A DNA stretch of 47,385 bases, taken from contig UYFQ01000557.1 of NCBI GenBank assembly GCA_900617105.1, forward strand, positions 1-47,385. The letters run 5' to 3'. Below the pieces are notes generated by a model. The model did not search any database. It was not told the DNA's origin and saw nothing but the letters and a program-made list of their open reading frames with translations. Below are positions 37,808 to 47,385 of this stretch, piece after piece. The stretch's first letter is position 1; each line of letters begins with the position of its first letter. Origin of the DNA: Hydrurus foetidus. Taxonomy: Eukaryota. A program made the position numbers and the translations under genes.

Positions 37808-40800
37808 TCATATGAGCGGCAGCATCAACACGCCGCAGTACGGACAGCTTGGCCCCCTTCCACTCCACCAACACCACTCAAACTCAATATTACTACCCAA
37901 CCCTTGATTAGATTGACCTGATTCCTCTGCATTCTGTTTGGTGTTTGCTTTGAGATCTTCTGGCAAGTGAATCAAACCCACTGCGGAACAAATAGTGCAC
38001 CGAAGAACGTTCCCCGCTACCATAGAGTCAAACCCGACCGTCACGAAAGTCACGCAACACCGGTCGAACAAGGTGGTACATGCAGCGCATGAGGACGTGG
38101 AGACAGCGGTATAGGCGTCTAAGGGCGCTTTATATGTCACGCTGCCTTCACACACACTGCACTTCTCCGACACAATCGAGGAACGTTCTGCGGAACTGCC
38201 ACTACTGCTAGGTGCCTTCGAGTCGAGAGCAACTTCACTAGATGCACTCGCACTAGCAGCTGTAGCCGAGCTAGATGATGATGACAAAGCGCTAGCAGAG
38301 GTGCACTGCCCGCCATCTCTGCACTGTCGGGACAGCAGGTGGCCCAATGCATCGCACAGAGAGATGTCCCAGTCATGCAGCACTTGTTTGATAAACTGCA
38401 CCGACAGGACTTCACGAGGTGTGAGGGAATATGTGAGGGATGAACCCTCTACACTGCGACTTCTCTGCAGCAGTCTGATGGAGAGGGGAGAGATTTAGTG
38501 GATAATGGAAATGATGCGACGAGAGTGATTGCTCCTCTTTCAAACGATGAATTGTAGTGTCATGGGACGTATCATAATGTGATTATCCAATGTTCTGTGA
38601 CGTTTTGCTTTGCACAACATTGAGTTGTACAACCGATTTAGTGGCATGTGCTGCCTTCAGTGGTACAAAACGAAAGTGAAGATGAAGATGAAGAGCTATC
38701 CGATAGCCATACCTCATGCTGCACCTCATGGAACAGGCACACAACACGACACTAGTGATACTTGTGATCTCATTACTCACTTTCTGGCCGATGTTGCCGC
38801 AACGCCCACTTGTATGCACCCCCTGAGGGCCTCACAGATGGATGCGTGACGGGGGTTGATGGCGGCCCCTCTCGTGTGGGGCACGGACAGCAGCACTTGG
38901 TGCAGACACCGCCACAGCCGCATCTTGAAAAACAGCAAATGGGAGTCTATTGGAGTTTGTTGAGTGCGGAGGAGAGGAGAGTTAGTGATGTGTGCATGTG
39001 TTGCAGTGCAGTGAAGTGCATGTTGAATACTAGTTGAAGTCCATGCGAATGCAATAAATTGCGTGAAGCAATCTTCGTAGAATACACACACAAGAACAAA
39101 CACACACACAGCATACGACTGAGAGTGAGTTGAAAATACTAGTCTATGCCATATATGGGAATAGGAAATAAAAAAGAAATTCTAACCGGATATGGGAATG
39201 CTGAGTAGGTTTTCCTGCAGTTGTGGGTCCAGTGTCCCTCCCCCTCCTCCTCCCCCTGCCCCACACCTCACAGGATCACTACTGCTAGTACAGCTGAGGA
39301 GCTCTGCGGCTATGTCTGCACATGCACGTACGCTCCGGTCTAAGGTGTCGTCAAGCACTACGTGCACGTTGGGATAGAGCAGGTCCTTGACGCGCCAAGC
39401 TACGTCACTGATGCCTGCTCTGCACGGAGTCAGGTCGTCATCATCGTCATCGTCTGAGTCCTTGCTCGCCTTGCCCTTCTTCAAGGGTTTTGCCTTCTTG
39501 AACACGTTGGATATGCCGCACTCTTCCCTCTGCTTCAGTGTGAGGATTCCAGAAGCAGTTCGTGGATCTGCTCTCGCGAGATCCAGAACAACTTCTTGAA
39601 AACTCTTCAGCCACGCGAATGAAAGTCCGCTGTATGACTTTACGTCTAGGTAGTCGCCGTCATTGGCTGTGATGTAGCAGTCACTCGCATCCCTATCATC
39701 GCTGTTATCATCCACTATATCCATGCTGGCAGTGCCGTCTGCACCAGGCTTGAAGTGACCGGACTCTGAGCTAGGTGTGGAAGAGAACACCACGCTTTTC
39801 AAAACTTGCACGACTTTCTCGAGATTTAGTATCCATTTCAAGTTCAGAAGAGGCGTTATTGAGAAATGAATGTGGGAGTGTGCGCGCTCGAGATTCTTGT
39901 TCATTTGAACTTCTCTCGAATCCGAGATGGAAGAGGGCTCTAGGGAAGAAGTAGAAAGCACCAGCTGCAAGGGATCGAAAGTTAAATCCAAAATAGACCG
40001 CACTGTATCGTTTTTCACGCCTTCAAATAACTGTATAAAATGAAGAGTACCGTTTTCTGATATTTCCGATAGAACGTTCTCTTTTTCCATTTCAATAACC
40101 GTGATTGCACGCTCAACACTCTTTCTATTATCTCGTTTGTCACCTCTTTCACCTTTACTGCTGCTGCTACTGCTACTGCTACTGCTGCTGCTAGTAACGA
40201 TTTCTGTTTCATTAGGTGCTTGACTGCTGTGCTTTGTAGGGCTAGAGTTGCCGTTGTGATCGATTGGCTGCTCCCACAACTTGATATCTCCATCGAGAGA
40301 AGAGGTCATCAAGAGGCCCCCCTCCACTGAGTACCCCCTGCTCTCTATGCCCTTCACGCTGCACACTTCGTGAGAGTGGATATCTTCTATAGGGGAGATA
40401 CGACCATTGTAATAGTTAGCCCGTGCTAGCCGTATGCCCGACTTCAAGTACACGGTGTTAATAGTGTTGCAGGGTAGAACAATGCCATTTACAGGGGATA
40501 GAAAAGGTCTCAATATTCTAAGAGGTTGACCCATAAGCAATTGAGGCTGATCTTCATTCGATTTAGTATCGCATTTCACAGAGGTGACGTGGAACACCAG
40601 TAAATATCCCTCCTGCGTCCCACACAGTAATGTCGTCTTAAAAGCACCTCCGATTTCCCCTTGATTACCATTATCACTATCTGATGTTGAGAACTCCATG
40701 CACGTCACAGATAAGCTCGCGTCAGATTTGCTTGAGAAGGATTCGCCCAGCACAACAGCGCACACACAACTGGCCTGAAGGGCTGTGCCTCTCAACAGCC

Positions 40801-41647
40801 CTGTGTTTGAGTCACTCGTACATCGCTCTATAGCCCAGATGTTAATGTAGCCAAATGAGGAGCCTGTTGCAAGCAACATGCACTCCTTCCGAGCTTTGCA
40901 TCGCTCACTGGTGTATGATAGCAAATGTGGATGCGTGGCGATATCAGTTATCATGTTCTTAGAAGTTGAACTTGCACTGTCTTGATCATCATCGCTCTTC
41001 TCTTCATCGCTATCACTGTCTCTCTTTGAACGAGCTGCTGCTGACTTTCTTTTCTGACCAGGTCGCCTCACACTATCTCTTTTACTATGCTTCTCCATCC
41101 ATAAGTCGAACAACGGCGTCAGATTCAAAGCTACGAATGTTGAGAAAAGATGGACATTTGTGTTTTTTCCGTTCCTCTGCACAAGATAATTTGAATGAGA
41201 TGCCCCACCCATACATAGCAGCAGTACAGATCCATTTGATAGGAGGGCGGAAAGATAAGATGGCAGGCCCATTCCCAGACCAGGTGGACCCCAAGATGCT
41301 TTCACATAGAATATTGAATTCATATCTAATTTGCCAAAACTTCTATCTTCGCAACGGTTGATTTCTGTCAACCAATGGATTAAGTCACCTCCATCAGTTA
41401 CTGTGTAGGAGTCGTTTCTGCTAGGACCCGGATACTTCTTGCCTGCATCGGATTCACCAAAATATTCCAACTGTGCCCACCGTGCTTGATAATAGCTGTC
41501 TCTATCAAACTTTGCAGTAAAAATTTGAATGCTGTTTGCAGTAAGAACTGCAAGCATCCCATCGTCTGACCACTTATTGGAATCAGGGGAAATGGGTATG
41601 TCCCAGACAATCTTCGACATCATGTCATCTTCGCTCATTTCTGTCAT
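37808..41647 (-). CDS. GTF3C4: TFIIIC subunit 4-like protein (TFIIIC90/Tfc8); exons 41647-39187, 38946-38781, 38474-37808
   Basis: N-terminal KWSDDGMLAVLT and ASWGPPGLG motifs resemble TFIIIC-delta, with WD40-like segments (TSSLDGDIKLW). C-terminal EKCSVC...RCCVTF...RCTIC...CPYCG matches the zf-TFIIIC pattern. Splices preserve frame. Confidence 0.7.
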
Positions 41648-42642
41648 TAGCGGCAAAAGCAGTCAGTAACGAATGCCCCAAGGAAACGTCGCACAGTGCT
41701 CGGTCACATGAATGGTTCAATGGAAAAGTCTTCGAATTTCATGCGAGATCACACACAGCAGATTTGCCAAGCCCCACCTTCGGCCTGAGAGAAGTATTGT
41801 GGTTTCACTTTTGATTGGCAGCACTCCCCCCCAGAGAGTTCTTGGTGCTTACCAGCCCTTTTTTCAATAATTTTAATAGCTTTTGCGGTACTGTGAATTG
41901 ATAAAATCTGAGTAAGCTGATCGACTCAAAATTTAATTTCTGACATCATGGTATTCTCAGATAAAAATTTGGAGAATTTTTATGTGATTCCTATGTTAAA
42001 GAGTGCTTTTTCACCATTCAGCCGTTTTGAAACAGAAAACCGTCGTTTTGGCATGCATCCAAAAAGGGTCTCATAACGAATTCTCATTGCGAAACTTGTG
42101 AAGACGTCGTGATTCCCTACTCTACAATAATCTGTCTGACAGCACAGCACATTTGACTCTTTGGCGCTGGAGCTGGCAAACAGCATGCTGTTCTCTGGCT
42201 GATCTGCCTTACAAGGTGATGTAAAAATTTGCAACTTTCATGCTTTTGAAGCCTATTTCACGGAGCACAGTTCTGGATGCGATGCCTTCATTTTTTCTGC
42301 TCCTCACCAACATTCTTACACTCCGATTGAGGCAAAGAGGTTTCAGAGACGGTCGAGAAGCACTATGGACAAGGTTTAGCAACTGTCAGATTGCTTGCAA
42401 GAGGTAAAATTAGAAAGCGTCTGACCCTCTCATGCCTCAAATTTTGACCCAAAAATGCATGACTGTTATATGTTAAACGGACTCGTCTCAGCTATCTATT
42501 ACTTGTCGTTTGAGACCTGATGTTGCGTGGTCATTTGCAGCGTTTCCATTTAATTATTTTTCCCGCGAACTCTTGCAAATCTAAAATCCCTCCCCCAAAA
42601 TTCTTCCACATGATGAGGAGCTAATAGATTGTGGTTGAAAGG

Positions 42643-43135
42643 GAGGTTGGCGAGCTGCAAGTGCTGGAGCTATAAGCACTGGCAGCTCGTCAACCTCTGC
42701 TTTAATGAAAGCAGAGCTGAGGCAGAGCGGATGGGTGCCGAGCTGCTAGTGCAGGATTAGTAAGCACTGGCAGCTCGCAACCCTTAGAATGAAGGAGATG
42801 GAAACGTGGCAGAGCGGATGGGTGACGAGTTGCAAGTGCAGGAGCAGTAAGCACTGGCAGCTCGTCACCCTTATAATGGAAGCGATCGAAGCTGTGGCAG
42901 AGCGGATGGTGGCGAGCTGGAAGTGCAGGAGCAGTAAGCACTGGCAGCTCGTCACCGTGAAAGCGATTAAGAGAACAACTGTGGCAGATAACAGATGGGT
43001 GGCGAGCTGCAAGTGCTGGAGCTATAAGCACTGGCAGCTCGTTACCCTTTCAACGAAAGTGACTAATGCTACGGCAGAGCGGATGGGTGGTCAGCTGTAA
43101 GTGCAGGAGCAGTAGGCACTTGCAGCTAGCTACCC
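42643..43135 (+). repeat. Array of six ~88-bp units: 12-nt leader plus ~20-bp hairpin with 11-nt loop, separated by variable 24-26-nt segments
   Basis: Hairpins at 42643-42697, 42733-42783, 42820-42870, 42908-42956, 42997-43047 and 43085-43135. Consensus GGCAGAGCGGAT-GGGTGGCGAGCTGCAAGTGC-AGGAGCAGTAA-GCACTGGCAGCTCGTCACCC; the leader is degenerate before copy 1. Confidence 0.93.
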
Positions 43136-43139
43136 AAGG

Positions 43140-43968
43140 ATACCCTATCACTCCCACACCTTCTAAATTCATTCCTCTCTCGAGGGACGTCACCAATGAA
43201 TCGTTTATCATCTCGATTTTCTGTTTCCTCTTCTACTTCCTCCTTTTTTTGTTTTCCTTTTTCCTTATGTAAGAAAGTGTTGCACGAAGCATCTTAATTG
43301 TCCTTCTACTTTTTTCACTTGCGTCCTCTGGTGCTGATTTCGGTGTCGACAACACATTGGTAATTGACGCCTGGGCTAATGCAGCAGGACTGACAGTATT
43401 TGTATTGAATTTCTTCACACTCGGTGGAGAAACGCTGATTGCGCAGTCTTACAAAATTTCGTCGGTAAGCACCCGCACTGCAGAAATGGTGTCGACGAGT
43501 GACTCGCAGAGAATTGCAGTCTCTCTCTCCATGAATTATATCTGATACCCACTTTGAAACGTGTTTCCGCCACTCCCAATTGTGTTTTATTTCCTTTTGC
43601 ATCTCTGGAAAGTGAACCGATTGGGATATGGTAGGATTCATGAGTCCAAGCTTAATGCTATCAGCATCCGCAAAGAGAGATGATCGATTGCCTTGTTCCA
43701 ACTTCTGGAGGACTTCTGCAATAGATGCTGCAGTATGAAAGACAGGTGCTGTAGGGCGAAACCTGACGACCATGATCGCAATTGCTTTCGAACATGTTCT
43801 CAGAAGTGTATCAGAGAAGTGGAAGCTTCCAAAAATTGTCATTTGAGGACTGTTTTGCTTGGAGGTTATTGCAGATATCCTCAGCAGATAGTATGCTTTG
43901 CCCAATTTGGCAAAAAGCTCCAAGCAGGAGTCCCTCGTTGTTTCAAGAATTGCAACTGAAGGCTTCAA
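43140..43968 (-). pseudogene. Unknown ORF, probably frameshifted/decayed, ending next to the hairpin array
   Basis: 217-aa ORF 43315-43968. A second frame from ~43533 reads MERETAILCESLVDTISAVRVLTDEIL*DCAISVSPPSVKK...RKKENKKRRK*KRKQKIEMINDSLVTSLERG, with a basic NLS-like tract. No family recognised. Confidence 0.35.
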
Positions 43969-44243
43969 AAAGTAGCACTTTTTCCAGGAAAATCGCTTAA
44001 ATTACAATGTCGATTGAGTTATCAATAAAGCACTGCACTGTAGCAAAGAAACTACGGCGAGAATAATGGCCGACTCAGATTTTGATTGAAATGATTCCCT
44101 ATCTTGCTGCAGTGTTATTTCTGTGATGGTGTGTAGAGATATTATACCAAGTTGAGGTGGGAACGAAGTGAAATTCATGGGATTTCCATTTCCGTTTTTT
44201 CAGATTACTGAATCTTCTAGGGGGTGGTAAGGCCAATCCTTAA

Positions 44244-46328
44244 TGTCTATTCTCCAGGCCGTCCTACCGGTCGGACGTTTGTCCTACCGGTAGGACAATT
44301 TTGAGGGCCTTATTTTATTTTTATTCTGTGAGGATATCAGTCAATATCTCAGCGAATACGATAGCTCCAAGTGTGCTGATCAAAGGTATAGCTCTAGCTC
44401 CCAAAACGGAGTCATATCAGCGGAGATATTTGCGTGGCAAGCCTGTCAAGTTGTTGCCTGCGGGTAGTTTGGCGATGAATTATGAAAGGCTTGAAAATTG
44501 ATTCTCGCGTTGAAGGCAAAGCGAAAAAGATTAGCGGATGGGATGGCACCATCGTAGAGGTTATCCAAGATGGGAGAAAAAAGAAATTCAAAGTTCGGTG
44601 GAGTAACGGCCAGGAAATAATGCATCCTTCGGAAGCTCTAAAAGTTTGGGGTGCCCCAGTCGTTGTCAGAGGTCCTTACTTGCAGCGTGCAGCACCAGTT
44701 GCGGAACCAGTTGTGGCACCAGTCGAAGAGGCTCGTTGGGAATACGATAGCGAAGTTGATGGGGGTGGGAGTGTCGACAGCAGAAGCTCTAGCAATAATG
44801 GCAGCAGGTGTTCATTGATTTTGGCGATATTTCGGATTTTGGTCGATGCGGCATTTTTTCGATTTCATCTCTAATAAGCAACCTCATGCAACAAACAGCA
44901 TATCCGCTGAAAGCGACGCTACTGTGGCACAGGATGCTGTTGGTGGTGGCGTTCCTCAAAATAATTTTGGGCTTCAAAAAGAGGAAATATTTGAAGATGC
45001 TCTGTCATTCTTACCTTATCCCGGGCGTGCAGCACCTATTCCTCGAGATCCATTGCTCTCACCACATGGGCAAGTATGGGAAGACATTGGTGAAGTCACT
45101 GTTGATGTCGGTCTGTCCAACCGGCGTGCTAGGTTGCTTTGGCCAGGCAACCTGCATCGACTTGAAGATGCTATGCCATTGAGGAGCGAATTGGAATACT
45201 TCAAGTTGATGTTTCCCATGTCCATTGTCGATACAATGTTGAACGACACGAATGAACTGCTCACGAATCTCGGCAAATCAGTAACAACTGCTGAAGAGAT
45301 GTTCAAATACTTCGGAATTAGACTGAATATGACATTGGAGAAGACGGGTTGTCAGATCAATGATTTTTGGATGACTGATCCAATGCCGGGATCGACCTTT
45401 GTTCCACCGAACTATGGCAAATTCGGAATGACTCGCCATCGTTTCCAGATGCTTTCTCGTTGCATGCGGTTCACAACTTTTGATGACGGAATCATCAATG
45501 ACGTAAGTACTACTGCTAAAACTTCAAAGAGGAGACTTCGCTCTAATAACAATTCGTTATACGACAGGACCCTTGGATACCGATCCGCCCTTTCCTCAAT
45601 GCAGTCAACGCAACTAGAGAAAAGAACATGTATGCATCTGGCAACATGGTTATCGACGAATGTATGAGCGCATGGAGAGGATATGATTCTTTTGAATGCA
45701 TCTTTGTCCTTCCACACAAGACTAAGATAGTAAGGAAGCCTGAAGGTGTAGGAGCCGAACTGAAGAGCTTGTGTGATGGCGAATCTGGGATTTTGTTACA
45801 CCTTGAAATCATGGAGGGAAAAGATGCACAGGGAGTGAAGGAATTCAGCGATAGATATCCGTCATCCATAGCTCTCACTTTACGGATCACAAGTAAGGAC
45901 CTCTGACAACGACTGGGGCACCCCAAACTTTTAGAGCTTCCGAAGGATGCATTATTTCCTGGCCGTTACTCCACCGAACTTTGAATTTCTTTTTTCTCCC
46001 ATCTTGGATAACCTCTACGATGGTGCCATCCCATCCGCTAATCTTTTTCGCTTTGCCTTCAACGCGAGAATCAATTTTCAAGCCTTTCATAATTTATCGC
46101 CAAACTACCCGCAGGCAACAACTTGACAGGCTTGCCACGCAAATATCTCCGCTGATATGACTCCGTTTTGGGAGCTAGAGCTATACCTTTGATCAGCACA
46201 CTTGGAGCTATCGTATTCGCTGAGATATTGACTGATATCCTCACAGAATAAAAATAAAATAAGGCCCTCAAAATTGTCCTACCGGTAGGACAAACGTCCG
46301 ACCGGTAGGACGGCCTGGAGAATAGACA
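44244..46328 (+). mobile_element. piggyBac-family element, truncated, with the same (left) end at both termini, bounded by TTAA at 44240-44243 and 46329-46332
   Basis: TTAA sites, subterminal palindromes CGTCCTACCGGTCGGACG (44260-44277) and TTGTCCTACCGGTAGGACAA (44279-44298), and transposase coding sequence. The terminus starts TGT rather than the usual CCC, so the exact end is inferred. Confidence 0.75.
44482..45889 (+). pseudogene. piggyBac transposase (DDE_Tnp_1_7-like), two predicted introns, truncated before the second catalytic Asp
   Basis: LEYFKLMFP...TN, EEMFKYFGIRL, FW, GMTRHRF...RF, DPWIPIRPFL, MVIDECMSAWRG, KIVRKPEGVGAELKSLCDGESG. Introns at about 44808-44898 and 45503-45567 (gtaagt...gacag) restore the frame. 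Confidence 0.88.
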
Positions 46329-46415
46329 TTAAGGATTGGCCTTACCACCCCCTAGAAGATTCAGCAATCTGAAAAAACGGAAATGGAAATCCCATGAATT
46401 TCACTTCGTTCCCAC

Positions 46416-46925
46416 TGTGAGTCAGACTGTGGAGTGAAGCGAGCTACCTGTTGGCTGCGGAAGCGCAAAGGAAAGACTGGCTGATGGAAGTGGTCTCGGA
46501 AGACGTGTTTACTTACAACGATCAAGTAGTAAAACAACTGGCGATGATATCAGAGAAGACAACCATCAGAGAAGCAGAGCAAAGCATCCATTGTGCATGA
46601 AATGGTGATCGCCGAAGTGGAAACATATTCAGCGAATATTCAAGTTGGCGATTGAGCAATGGGCGGAACCCTCGCTGCTCATGAAATCGGATGCTTGGTG
46701 GAAACCGGATACCTGGTGGGAATCCGGATGCTTGGTGGTGAAAAAAACCGGATGCTTGGTGATGGCCCCGAAGGGGGATATCGCTAGAAGAACGATGAGC
46801 GTATGTACACAACAGTGTATGGCGGTGTTTTGGGTGAGGAAGCGCTACACTACTTGTGACATGTGAATGCTAATCTACAGATGAAACTATGCTAACAGAT
46901 CATGCATGAATATGCTGGACTGACA
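46416..46925 (-). repeat. 3' LTR of right Copia element (510 bp), with four short CGGATGCTTGGTG-like repeats at ~46685-46762
   Basis: Starts TGTCAGTC after the PPT and ends GACTCACA (7/8 terminal inverted repeat). Confidence 0.8.
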
Positions 46926-47132
46926 CTCCCCGTAGTGAAGATGTAGCTGAACGTGTTATTGAGAGTATCGAAATGAATGATATGTGTATATATACTCCCC
47001 GTACTGAGGATGTACTCCCCGTACGAGAGATTTGGCAAAAAGTGTAAAAAGTTAGTTATAATATATGCGTGCACTCATATAAGATAGTAAAATTATTACG
47101 TATGTTAGAAATATGGATATTAAGTATTTATG

Positions 47133-47385
47133 TTATTTAATATTATTTCGTAAAGACTTGTCAACGAGCCTGTGCGTTAGGTATTCGAAAAGTGGTAGTG
47201 GAACTCTTTTCGTACCTATGTCTGAGTTGTTTTCGCCCGAAGGGATTTTAACAATGACACAGGTACCATCGGCGACTTTGTCCTTAAAGTAGTTTTCGCT
47301 CAGGTCAATGTGACGAAGGTTCTTGGTCATGTGTGTATGATTTGAAGCATCAACACAAGCAGAATTGTCTTCTTCGATGACTGCA
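47133..47385 (-). CDS. Copia Pol C-terminus (RNase H), partial
   Basis: IEEDNSACV...TKNLRHIDLSENYFKDKVADG...KIPSGENNSDIGTK corresponds to the Copia DN...KHID...N.AD..TK motifs. Confidence 0.9.
   Translation of the reverse strand, partial: AVIEEDNSACVDASNHTHMTKNLRHIDLSENYFKDKVADGTCVIVKIPSGENNSDIGTKRVPLPLFEYLTHRLVDKSLRNNIK

Larger units (their letters stand above)
41841..44243. mobile_element. Possible decayed TTAA-bounded DNA transposon (Kolobok-like end) enclosing the hairpin array
   Basis: The right end read inward is TTAA|GGATTGGCCTTACCACCCCC. An imperfect counterpart TTGGTGCTTACCAGCCC lies at 41842-41858, with no TTAA there. No transposase recognised. Confidence 0.3.
44157..46415. repeat. 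526-bp inverted repeat pair (44157-44682 and 45890-46415) around a 1207-bp spacer
   Basis: The arms are reverse complements with two substitutions noticed (CAGATTACTG vs CAGATTGCTG; GCGATGAATT vs GCGATAAATT). Mirrored ORFs: 44301-44501/46071-46271 and 44482-/45887-46090. Confidence 0.97.
46416..47385 (-). mobile_element. Ty1/Copia LTR retrotransposon, 3' end (RNase H C-terminus, PPT, 3' LTR); continues beyond window end
   Basis: Copia RNase H motifs, then GGGGAG, then an LTR with TG...CA ends. Confidence 0.9.

Noticed and set aside
42702..43100. ORFs across the array
   Set aside because: Unit lengths are not consistently multiples of three, so translations shift frame; they are by-products of the repeat.
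42643..43135. Calling the array a true CRISPR
   Set aside because: Eukaryotic context, no cas genes, a ~63-nt repeat longer than typical CRISPR repeats, and variable segments weakly similar to each other.
42610..43135. Hammerhead ribozyme, box C/D snoRNA or integron attC interpretation of the array
   Set aside because: CGGATGG is not the CUGANGA core and GAAA does not directly follow the stem. ATGATGA (42610) and CTGA (42717) bracket only the first unit. No RYYYAAC/GTTRRRY attC ends.
1699..46925. The two Copia pieces as ends of one giant element
   Set aside because: Their LTR sequences differ, and both element bodies extend out of the window rather than enclosing the core.

Overview
Eukaryotic nuclear DNA with GT-AG introns and microsatellite-rich introns. 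A stramenopile/protist origin is a low-confidence guess from gene and TE style. A gene-rich core (about 8.3-41.7 kb) sits between two transposon-rich ends. Left end: the 5' part of a Ty1/Copia element (minus strand, Gag with a CCCH zinc finger) inserted into a decayed chromodomain-bearing Ty3/Gypsy element lacking RT/RNase H, followed by an LRR pseudogene. Core: UDP-sugar pyrophosphorylase, a PHT1/Pho84-like MFS transporter, two multi-exon genes of unknown function (one of 12 kb with an internal multi-exon duplication and a His-rich 14-aa repeat), a P4-ATPase flippase and a TFIIIC subunit 4-like gene. Right end: a possible decayed TTAA-bounded element holding six ~88-bp units, each a conserved covarying ~20-bp hairpin separated by variable ~25-nt segments (the most unusual signal). 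It is followed by an intron-containing truncated piggyBac transposase inside a 526-bp fold-back inverted duplication, and the 3' end of a second Copia element. All calls come from motif recognition and manual reading; no searches were run.
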